DNA of 64,000 bases from Azolla caroliniana (lineage: Eukaryota; Plantae; Polypodiophyta): positions 6,200,001 through 6,264,000 of the forward strand of contig JBHGNT010000017.1 of the NCBI GenBank assembly GCA_043228905.1. The letters run 5' to 3'. The notes under the pieces were generated by a model. It searched no databases. It had not been told where the DNA came from and was given only the letters and a program-made list of their open reading frames with translations. The position numbers and the translations under genes are program-made. Position 1 is the first letter of the stretch. Each line of letters begins with the position of its first letter. Positions 42,201 through 52,425 of the stretch are shown piece after piece.

Positions 42201-43749
42201 GGGATGCACATCATCCGGGACCGGAAGAAGAAGCAATTGTGGCTGTCACAGGAGAAGTACGTGACAAAGGTGCTTCACCGGTTCAACATGTCGGAAGCAA
42301 GACCGGTCGGGTCACCCCTCCCGGCAAACTGCAAGTTGTCCAGCAAGCAAAGCCCCAAGACAAAGGCTGAGAAGGAGGACATGATGAAAGTGCCATATGC
42401 CTCTGCCGTCGGAAGCTTGATGTACGCGATGGTGTGTACAAGACCGGACATAGGATATGCAGTCGGAGTGGTGAGCCGGTACATGAGCAATCCCGGCAAA
42501 GAGCACTGGAACGCGGTCAAGTGGATACTCCGATACCTGAAGGGCACGACAAACGTATGCCTCCGATTCGGCTCCGGTAAGCCCGAACTCGACGGCTTTA
42601 CCGATTCGGATATGTCGGCTGATGCAGATACCAGCCGATCCACATCAGGGTATGTGATGACGTATGCAGGTGGAGCTGTTTCGTGGCAGTCGAGGCTGCA
42701 GAAGACGGTTGCGTTGTCAACCACGGAGGCGGAGTACATGGCGGCTGTTGAAGCCGGCAAGGAAGTAATATGGATGAAGGACTTCATTAGAGAGCTCGGT
42801 ATCCGGCAGGAGGAGTACCGGCTCTACTGCGATAGTCAGAGTGCCATCCACCTTGCGAAGAACGCGGCCTACCATTCCCGGACGAAACACATCCAGCGTA
42901 GATACCACTGGATCCGGGAAAGGATAGAAGACAAGGAGTTCGTGCTGACGAAGATCCACACGGACGAGAACGGGTCAGATATGCTGACCAAAGTGCTCAC
43001 ACCCGACAAGCTGGAAGCGTGCCGGAAGAGGGTCGGACTGGAAAGACATCCCTTGCCGAAGTGAAGGGGGAGTTTGTTGGGATTACGGTCCCTCCGGATG
43101 GGATGGTCGGATGTCCGGGAATCGGGAATGAAGACCCGAATGAGGAGTACCCGGTTCGGGATCCGGATGATGAAGACCCGGTTCCGGATCCGGATGATGA
43201 AGACCCCGGCTACGGAGCCGGATGATGAAGACCCCGGTTTCGGATCCGGATGATGAAGACCCCGGCTACGGAGCCGGATGATGAATGTACCCGGAGAGAG
43301 ATCCGGATGCGGGGACATATTTGTGAATATGTTTGCCAAGGGCCCTCGAGGCTATATTTGTAGATAGCCCGAAAGTCATATGTGTATAAATATGACTTAG
43401 GGCAAACAGTTTTGTTGTTGTTGCTTATTTTTCTGGTTTCCACTTAGAGGGAGCTAAGTGAGCAGCCGAGAGAGAGAGAGAGAGACGAAGAGGTCGTTGC
43501 CTCTGTGTATTACCGCCGCCTGTGGCGAAGACAGTGAGCTCAAGGTTGTTGCCTTGTAGCTTCACCATTGTACATCTCTGTTTGTAGTGATAGTTGGAGT
43601 TTGAGGACTCCCGTGGTTTTTCCCATTTAGGGTTTTCCACATAAAACATCCAGTGTACTCTTCTCTCTATTGTCTTCGTGCATTTTGTATTTCCTGTTTT
43701 CTGTGAGTTAATCCTATTCCTCGGTTGTGGCCGAGCACTGTGTACAACA
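39290..43749 (+). mobile_element. Copia E, defective relative of Copia D; truncated 5' LTR 39290-39500, 3' LTR 43075-43749
   Basis: Coding sequence nearly identical to D; PBS at 39504; premature TAA at 40339-40341; about 570 bp of integrase deleted near 41302; inserted into the Copia B gag zinc knuckle. Confidence 0.93.
43139..43310 (+). repeat. Tandem ~27-28-bp U3 repeat (CCGGATGATGAAGACCCCGG..CGGA), about 6 copies
   Basis: Visible directly in the Copia E 3' LTR; about 3 copies in each Copia D LTR (31120-31220, 35840-35940). Confidence 0.9.
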
Positions 43750-45375
43750 TACTGTAAAAAGCAAAATGATGAAACCATGTCATACACAGGCTTCAACTAG
43801 TGAATATTGTGATAAAGATTGTGCATTTGTGATGCAACATGAAATAGTAGCAATGGCTGAATGTTCACAGAGATGCAATGAAGATTATATGTGGTATGTA
43901 GATTATGGGGCATCTAACCATATGATTGGACATGCAAATTGGTTTGAAAGTTTAAGAGAACCAGAGATTCTTGATTATGTACAGACAGGTGATAACACCA
44001 CTCATACAATCGAGCATGTTGGAGATATCCCATTGTGGGAGGAAAAAGGAAAAAGGAAATATATGCTAAATGTTATGCATGTGCCAAACTTTGCAAAAAA
44101 TCTGATTTTTGTTGGACAGATAGTAGAGCAAGGAATGCAAGTTAATCTTAGATGTGGAGATGTGGCATAAAAGAATCAGCCACATAAGTATGCAAACCTT
44201 GAAAAATATGTTGAGGAAAAATGCAGTGGCTGGATTGCCTAAGTTGAAAGATTGTGAGATGAGACAAATATGTGAAGCATGCTAATATGGAAAGCAAAAT
44301 AGGTTACCTTTCCCTCATGAAAGACATGTAAGCAAAAATTTGTTGGATTTGGTACATACAGATGTATGGGGACCAACAAAAAATGCATCAATTAGTGGAT
44401 GTAAGTTTTATGTAACATTTATTGATGATTGCTCAAGGAAAACATGGGTTTACTTCATGAAAGACAAAAGTGAAGTATTTGATTGCTTTCGTAAGTTTAA
44501 TTGTATGGTGGAAAAGCAAGTTGGAACTAGGATAAAATGTTTAAGATCTAATGGAGGAGAAGAATACTTCTCAAATGAGTTTTCTGATTTTCTATGCAAC
44601 CAAGGAATAAGGAGACAGTTTACATGTAGATATACTCCACAACAAAATGGTGTTGCTGAGAGAAAAAACTGAACTCTAGTGAACATAGCAAGAGCCATGA
44701 TGACTGAAAAAAATATGCCATTGTATTACTAGGCAAAAGCTGTAAACACAACAAACTTTATTCTAAATAGATGTATAACATCTGGAGTACATTAAGTAAC
44801 TCCTGAAGAATGTTTCGATGGAAGGAACCCTAGTTTAGGACACTTAAAAGTGTTTGGATGCCCTGCCTATGTTCATGTACGTGCTGAAGTAAGAAGTAAG
44901 CTTGATCCAAAAGCTGAAAAATGTGTTCTTGTTGGATATTTAGAGGAGCAAAAAGGGTATAGATGCTATAACCCTTTGACAAAAAAGATTGTGGTAAGCC
45001 GTGGTGTAATATTTGATGAGTTGGGCAGTTGGTACAACCCAAAAGAAAATGTAGAAATTGATGAAGACTATGAAAATGAAGACATGAACAAATCTGAAAA
45101 TGGAAGAGATTGCCATGGAAATGGAAACAATGTTGGACAACAAAGTTCAACATCAATAGAATGTACTGGACCATCCGAAAAATCTGGTAGTAAATCTGAA
45201 TCAAATGCTTGGAGTGGAAAGAATGCAAGACAAAAAATATGATGATAGAAAGGGAAAACAGAAGATGCAAGAATATGAAATGCTTGATGATTGATCTAGA
45301 AACATGGAAGATGTAGATTCAGATACATCATTGGATGATGAGCTTGGTATAAGAGCCTTGAAAATCCCTGGTATG

Positions 45376-46018
45376 TGATAGAGAGATGATAGAAAGAAGA
45401 GAGAAGGAAGTTATATAGATCCAAAACCACAAAGATCTATTGATAATGAATAATCATGATGGAAGGAAGAGAGAAAGAAGATACATAAATCCAAGTCTAT
45501 AAAAATATATGGATAACAACACAACCACACTACATGAATAGGTAAGAAAAACACCACAAGAAAGAGACTCTCCTTCTCCACCACCTTACTCTTCTCGCTT
45601 TATATAAAGTTCTCTTCCACTAGATAAGTTTCCCTTGCTTTCTTTTTTATGCTTTTTTTAGAGTTTTTCATCGAGTCCTATTCTTAGCTATGACACAACG
45701 ATCTTCTAATCGTCATATCTCCCTCATCCAAGCTCCAAATTTAGATATTTAAAAAGATACATGTTGCGCTCTTTACAAGCTTTCTAACCCATATTTGAAA
45801 ATTATATTTGGCTTCCAAACGAATGAGTTATAAGAATTCGTTTCAAACTGTGTTTTGGTGGCTCGCTTTTTTCTTCTTTTACTTTTCTCCACGTGTCTTG
45901 CTTTTTGTTTGACTTATCCTCAAGACCTTGGTTCGTGTTCTTACCCTCCGGATGTGAATGCTCCATACCTTATATTCTTGTAGAGTTCAATATCTTGAAT
46001 TCTAAAATCACTTTCACA
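45376..46018. mobile_element. Solo LTR (643 bp) inserted in Copia B
   Basis: TG...CA ends, TSD GTATG (45371-45375 / 46019-46023), internal TATA-like tatataaa at 45601; Copia B coding sequence resumes after it. Confidence 0.85.
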
Positions 46019-47145
46019 GTATGGAAAAAGGCAATGAAAGATGCAAATCAAAAACTGAGAAGATCAGATAGAGAGAAAAAGACTATTGAAAGATTCGGTT
46101 ATGATACATACATGGATATGCATTATGCATACATGTCTAAGGTGGTACAAGTACCTAATCCCAATAGTTTTGATGAAGCAAAATCTGATAAGAAATGGGT
46201 GAATGCAATGCAAGAAGAAATAGATGCATTGGTTGAAAATAAAACATGGAATTTAGTGAAGTTACCAAAAGGAAAAAATATGGTAGGTTGCAAAACGGTC
46301 TACAAGACAAAGCATGATTCCAATGGGAATGTAAGTAGACATAAAGCAAAACTTGTGGCAAAGGGATATGCCTAGATGCAAGGAATTGATTATGATGAAA
46401 CATTTGTATTGGTTGCAAAGATGGCAACATCGAGGACACTACTTGCTGTAAGTGCAACCAAAAGATGGGTTCTGCACCATATGGATGTAAAAAATGCTTT
46501 TTTACATGGTAACTTAGAAGAAGAAGTGCATATGTGTCAACCACCAGGTTTTGAAGATAAGAAGCATCCAGAATATGTATGTAGGCTGAAAAAGACTCTC
46601 TATGGACTGAAACAAGCACTGAGAGCATGGCATAAAGAACTTTCAGAATCTCTGAAAAAAATTTCTTTCAAAATGTCAAAGGTTGATCCATCACTGCATG
46701 TAAAGAAGATGAATGATTGCATTGTTGTGATTTTGATTTATGTAGATGACTTAATCATTGGAGGTGATTCCATCGATGAAATAAGGAAGCTGGAAAAAAA
46801 TCTGGAAATGTAATTTCATATGAAAGATTTAGGAGAGTTGAGATACTTTCTTGGTATTGAGATGATCAAATCTAAAAATGGTATATATTGTTGCAAAAAC
46901 AGTATGCAACAACTATGTTGAAGAAGTATAGTATGCTTGGATGCAAACCTATTGATGTACCACTGGATAAGAAATGCAAATTGAGAGCTGATTTGGGAGA
47001 CAAAATAGAAGATGTAAACATGTACAACTCTATGGTGGGCAGCCTGATATATTTGACTATAACAAGACCTGATTTGAGTTATGCAGTTGGATTAGTCAGC
47101 CAATTTATGCAACAACCAACGAAGCCACACTTGGACTGCATTAGA

Positions 47146-47291
47146 AGAATCTTGAGGTATGTAAAAGCTACTCAGAACTATGGACTGTTTTACAGGACTA
47201 ATTTGAACATAAAGCTAGAATCTTGAGGTATGTAAAAGCTACTCAGAACTATGGACTGTTTTACAGGACTAATCTGAACATAAAGCTAGAA
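47146..47291 (+). repeat. 71-bp tandem duplication in Copia B RT/RH, causing a frameshift
   Basis: agaatcttgaggtatgtaaaagct...ataaagct occurs twice with one mismatch; AGAA microhomology at the junction. Confidence 0.95.
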
Positions 47292-49146
47292 GGATATACA
47301 TATGCTGATTGGGTTGGAAGCCAAACTTATAGAAGATCCACAAGTGGATATATGTTTACATTGGGAAGTGCAACTATTTCATGGAGTAGCAAGAAACAAG
47401 CTATTGTTGCATTATCAAGTACTAAAGCTGAATATAGAGGAGTTGCAATAGCTACTTGTGAAGAGGTATGGATTAGAAGATTGCTTGCTGATTTGGGAGA
47501 GTATATAGATGGTGCAATCACTATTTGGTGTGACAATATGAGCAACACTCAGCTCACAAAAAACCCAGTGTTCCATGCAAGAACAAAGCACATTGAAGTG
47601 CATTATCACTTTGTTAGGGAAAAAGTGATTGATGGAGAAGTGGATCTGTTGTATGTAAGCACAAATCAACAAGTTCCTGATATTCTTACGAAGGGATTGA
47701 GCATGGAAAAACATACACAGTTGAGGGACATGATGGGAGTTATAACCATTGGTATGACAGCTGAAAAGCATGAAGGGAAGAAGACTGAAGATGATCTCAA
47801 GAAAGGCTAAGTTGAGCTTGAGAGGGAGTGTTAAGAAACAAGGTCAACAAAAGCATGTAATGCTTAATGGGCATACAAGTAAAACAGTTATTTAGCTACT
47901 CACAACTATTTAGTTATTCACAACTATTTAGCTATTCACGGCTAATTAGCTGCATATGTAAGTTACTTATATACTTAGGTAAAAAAGTAAGAGGTAGAGA
48001 AGAGAGAGTAGTAACTGTAAGAGAATAGAAAACTGACGAGAGCAAGTTCAGCTTTGCGTGTAATGAAATAGAAGAAGCTTTTTGGTTTGCTACACAGAGG
48101 TAAGTCTCCTTCCCCTTCCCTTTCAGTCTTGAGCACTAAACGATCCAGCACATCACGATCCGATGTGCATAAAGAAGAGTCGTAGTGCCTTCGTAACCGT
48201 TGCTTCCCCGGACGATATGTAATTTTGAAGTCGAAACGAGTGAGGAATTGGGCCCACCGAGCTTGACGTCGATTTAACACATGAGCATTCTGAAATTAGG
48301 CAAGGTTTTTGTGATCACTAAATACGGTGACTTGATAAGAAGATCCCTCTAGAAAATTCCTCCATTGCGTAAAAGAGTCCACTATTGCTAATAGCTCCTT
48401 ATCATGAATTTCATAGTTGATTTCGGTGGTGTCAAACTTGCGTGAGTGGAAAGCTACAAGATGGAGCTTTTCATCATAGCCTTGTTGTGAGAAAATGCTA
48501 CCAAAGGCAAAATCCAACGCGTCCGCTTCAATGATAAATGGTTTTTCTGGATCAACATGAGCCAGAATAGGAGCAAAATGCCTTCTTAAGATTCTCAAAA
48601 GACATGTCTGCTTCTTCAGACCAAACAAACGATTGTCCCTTCCTGGTAAGCTGTGTGAGAGGCAGAACAAGCTTTGAGTAATCCTGTATAAACTTGTGGT
48701 AGAAATTAGCAAAGCCTAAAAAGCATTGCACATCTTGCAATGAACGCTGAGTCTGCCACTCTACCACCGTTTTGACCTTAACTGGATCCATGGAGATGCC
48801 TTCGAAGGAAATGACATAGCCCAGAAAGTCTACCTGGTTGCACTTGAAACTATATTTTTCCAGTTTTGCATAAAGACCATGTTCTCGAAGTTGTTTTAGT
48901 ACTAACGGTACATGAGAATCATACTCTTCTTGGGTCTTCGAATAAACCAGTAGATCATCGAAATAGATGATAAAAGAAACATCCAAGAGATCTCGGAATA
49001 TATCATTTGCCATGTGCTGGAAGACTGCAGGCGCATTAGTGAGGTCGAATGGCATGATCATATACTCGAAGTGCCCATATCTAGTGCGAAACTCGGTCTT
49101 CCATTCATCTCCTGGTCGGATCCGTCAGAGGTTATATGCTCCTCGT

Positions 49147-50123
49147 TGTCATGGTGTGGCATGTGCAGTGTGAGAAAAAGAGAGGTTCCACACACATCTC
49201 ATGAAATAATACATTAACTAATAATAATAGTAATAAGTAACTTGTAGTAGCTTATTGGTTAAGGTGTATAAGTATATGTAGAGAGGTGTAAAGTTTGAGT
49301 CTCTCTTCCTACAAATCATTTTGCTTCCCTTCCATTTTTGTGATAAAGAAAGAAAGAAAGAAAAGCATGTAATGTTAAAATAAGCTCCTCTTTCCTCTAT
49401 AAGAGAGGAGCGATAGGGCTTATTTGGGGGTCACCCATTTTGGCTTAGGGGTGTACCACTAGGGTTTCATCCCTTTTTCCATCTTCTCCTCTTCTTCTAG
49501 GGTTAGGGTTTTGTGGCCTCCCTTTCTCCTTATCCCTTTCTCTTTTATCTTTTCCTTCTTGGGTTAGGGTTTGGTAGCCTCCCTTCCTCTATCATCTTTT
49601 CCTTCTAGGGTTAGGGTTTCAGAGCTTCTTCTTTTCTCCTCAACATACTAGAGGACTTAGGTTTTTAGGGTTTATGAGTTTAGATTCTATTCTACTTCTT
49701 ACTCAAGAGAGTTTAGGGCTTGGATTCCTTCCACAATGGCTTCTTCGGCATCTCGGTGGTAGCCAACTTGGTGGCTAGTTGTGGAAGGGAGGTTGTAGTG
49801 GCACAAGGGCTACTCCGAATCGAGGCAACATAGCCGTCGGAAGGAGTCGAGCTCGGAGCCCACTAGACTCACCTTCGCTAGATTATTTTAGCCTTTGGTT
49901 GATTTATAACCGATTATTGTAAAAACCACCGAAATCGTGGTGTCAAGCCTAACAATTGTAAAACATAAAAACAAAAACCCTAATTTATATAAAAACTTAT
50001 GTATATTTCCCCATGTCTTTGTCTTAATCTCCCACTTCCTCACTACTTTTGTCTTCCCGGTCCAAGGCCCCAACGGTCTCGTTCAAGCGACACACGCACA
50101 CGAAACTCTGCGAAATTGGTAAT
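49147..50123. mobile_element. Truncated LTR-like insertion F interrupting Gypsy A RT
   Basis: Starts with TG (TGTCATGG) exactly where Gypsy A RT stops; non-coding, TATA-like ctataag, repeated TAGGGTT/CT-rich motifs; far end not found. Confidence 0.5.
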
Positions 50124-50220
50124 TGTTAGGAATAGTACTAAGACAAAGAAGGAATTAGTACTAAGAGAGGAATATTAGTACTAAGAGGAATAGAGGGTGT
50201 AGAACACTCGAGAGAAGGAG

Positions 50221-52425
50221 ATAGATAGATAGATAGATTATATTATCGTCTTCGGAGGTCAAATATGACCTATGAGACCAAAAATATTACATTTCACGTG
50301 ATATGTGTGAAGGTGAGTAGCGACTCTCCATGTTCAAGAACTTTACCAATGAATGTTGCAATTGAGAGTGCACATCGTGGTTGTGAGAGAAATTCGTGCA
50401 AGGATTGGGCTCGATCAAAGAGATGTGGAAAGCACGGTCGAATATGATCAAAGGCAGAGCATTGTATCAAAGTGTGATACTCAGACTCTCGAACTTGTTT
50501 AGGGCAAAGTGTGCATAGTCGGCCACTCTCATCACTTATGCGCCAACGCCCCATCTCACATCTCAATGCGTGCAAGCTAAGTCGCATGGAAGCAATGGTT
50601 CGAATGGCAGATATCGGGATGGGCTCTAACATGTATCGATGTGTACGGCTTCCCCGTTCCGCGAAGAATATGGTTTTGTAGTTAGGTGCAACATTTGTAG
50701 TATAATGTGTGAAGCGTGAACCACCACATTTGTCCCATGTCATGATACATTGGCATTGCTAAAAGGCCTCATTTATAAAGGAATCTAGTGACGCATCATG
50801 AAGCAAGTGTCTTGCATCCCATCTACCAAACCATTTTTCTAAATCTTGCATCCAACCGGAACACAAAATTTTGCTTTTATGCGTCTTTTGGATCTTTTTG
50901 CTTGCTTCCCATGCAATTCTAGGAAGTTGATGTGAGGGGCTTTTTTGAACCTTAAGCATGTATTCAACAACCCTTTCCATGGCCATGATCTCAATGGGAA
51001 GCGATCCCGTCTCAAAGAGGAGGAGGGTGTAGGGTGTTTGTTTCTTAACTTGTAGAAACTTTGTAAGAAAATGTTGTTGGATATTTTCATACTCTTTCCA
51101 CATAGATTTAGGGATGCTACCGCCCCATACTTCCACCCCATAGAGAAGAACCGGGGTCACCAAAGCGTCAAAAAGATCTTTCTTGAGGACCCAATACTTA
51201 ATATCTCCAAGATTGCATGTGTTCTCAAATGCATAATATGCTCGCTTACCCACCTCTAAGCGGCGTGTAGCACATTAATTCCATTCATGATTTGAAGGAA
51301 CTTCAAGGCTAAGATATTTGAAGTTTTCTACACATTCAAGTGGCTCATTGTTGTACATAATGCATAGTTTATCTCTTTTTTGACTCTTCACAAGCATAAT
51401 CTTTGTTTTAGAGCTATTGACACTTAATCTAGTATGCATGCAAATTTTTTCCAATGCCTTCATAAGCTTTTGTGCATCTCTTGAAGTATTTGCAAAAAGC
51501 ACTACATCAGCCGCATATAACAAAAGCATAATCACAACATTCCCAACGGCAACTTCTTCAACACATTCTTCCTTTACAAACTTGGTAACCATTTCTTCCA
51601 ATTCATCAATGCATAGACCAAATAATGTTGGTGAGAGTGGGCATCCTTGCTTAACACCAATAGTGTTATTGAAAAAATCTGAAAGTCTATCTCTCATATG
51701 CACACAACATATAACCTTCTCATATATTCGGGAAATTGCAAGCATATATTCACTTGGCACCTCAAGTTCTTCCATCCGCCTCCAAAGATGCTCACGAGAT
51801 ACCATATCAAAAACTTTCTTGAAGTCTACAAAGCAACAATATAAACCTTTACCTCTAAGGCGACTTTCCTCCATTAATACTCGAACAGTGACAAGATGAT
51901 CAATGGTGCTATGGTGTTTTTGAAAACCAGCTTGTCCATAAGTTCTCTTACTATTTTCTTTTGCCCATAGACTTATCTTTGATTCCATTATACATCCAAA
52001 TAGTTTTGCCATTAATAAGCCAACCATGATGGCTCGATAGTTGTTTACATTATTTACATCTCCGCCTTTATGTAAAGGTTTGATCCAATTTGTAGTCCAA
52101 TCATATGGCATACCATGTTGCAATGTATCATTAAACATATCGCATATCCATATATGTGCTTCCTTTCCTGTCCATTTGAGCATTTCAACTTTTATACATT
52201 GAAGATCGCTTGCCTTTCCAGAGGCCAATTTCTTAAGTCCTGTGCATATATCTTCAATTGTAAAGAAGGGAGACATATGTGAAAGAGAACCATAACACAT
52301 CATCTTTCTGGCAAGAGATAACTCATATAAATTCTTACAATGCATAGACAAGTCATGAAGAGTTAAGTCACCATAACTCTCAACACGTTTCCCCTTTAGA
52401 TTTCCCAAAAATTTAGCACCTGCAT
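50221..52425 (-). mobile_element. 5'-truncated RTEX-like LINE inserted in the GA-rich tract of the A' LTR
   Basis: RT (NNYRAIMV, GQAGFQKHHSTIDH, FVDFKKVFD, GVKQGCPLSPTLFG, LLYAADV, FKYL); C-terminal MRLSLHALRCEMGRW..CTLC..ESEYHTLIQC; (CTAT)4 tail at 50221-50237; the LTR resumes at about 52426. Confidence 0.9.

Larger units (their letters stand above)
23282..48198 (+). mobile_element. Degenerate Ty1/Copia B: LTRs 23282-23648 and 47829-48198; coding pieces 23783-23893, 38563-39289, 43750-45375, 46019-47810
   Basis: TSD GTTGC (23277-23281 / 48199-48203); PBS TGGTATCAGAGC (tRNA-Met-i) at 23649; PPT gagagggag; gag KLDKNNIPAWKFRM..GYWD|YIEG; zinc knuckle CWYCGKPGH; INT LDLVHTDVWGP..YTPQQNGVAERKN; RT IYVDDL; RH ALSSTKAEY..HARTKHIEVHYHF. 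U3 carries about four copies of a 17-bp repeat. Confidence 0.93.
21244..49146 (-). mobile_element. Tcn1-like chromoviral Gypsy A: 3' LTR 21244-21674, CHD/INT 21675-23281, RH/RT 48199-49146; host of the nested stack; its 5' part is probably in 54770-57078
   Basis: LTR TGTCAGG...CATGACA; PPT aaaggggggacag; class I chromodomain EYEVATILESKIVRNKLYYLVDWLGYSPSERTWEP; [29 protein letters not shown]. The sequence is continuous across the Copia B insertion when compared with the uninterrupted copy at 53881-53910. Confidence 0.9.

Noticed and set aside
43139-43310. Regularly spaced ~28-bp repeats resembling a CRISPR array
   Set aside because: Units are head-to-tail without unique spacers, lie inside an LTR U3 in plant DNA, and no cas genes are present.
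31763-43339. Many antisense and alternative-frame ORFs over Copia D/E
   Set aside because: Shadow ORFs expected in GC-rich, stop-poor coding DNA; they recur only because D and E are near-identical.
39278-43792. 12-bp repeat CATACACAGGCT on both sides of Copia E as a long TSD
   Set aside because: The right copy lies 31 bp beyond the LTR end, and Copia TSDs are 5 bp; probably a host-internal repeat.
49440-49720. TTAGGG/TAGGGTT motifs as an interstitial telomere
   Set aside because: Motifs are dispersed among CT-rich spacers, not a tandem TTTAGGG array; typical of LTR telo-box-like sequence.
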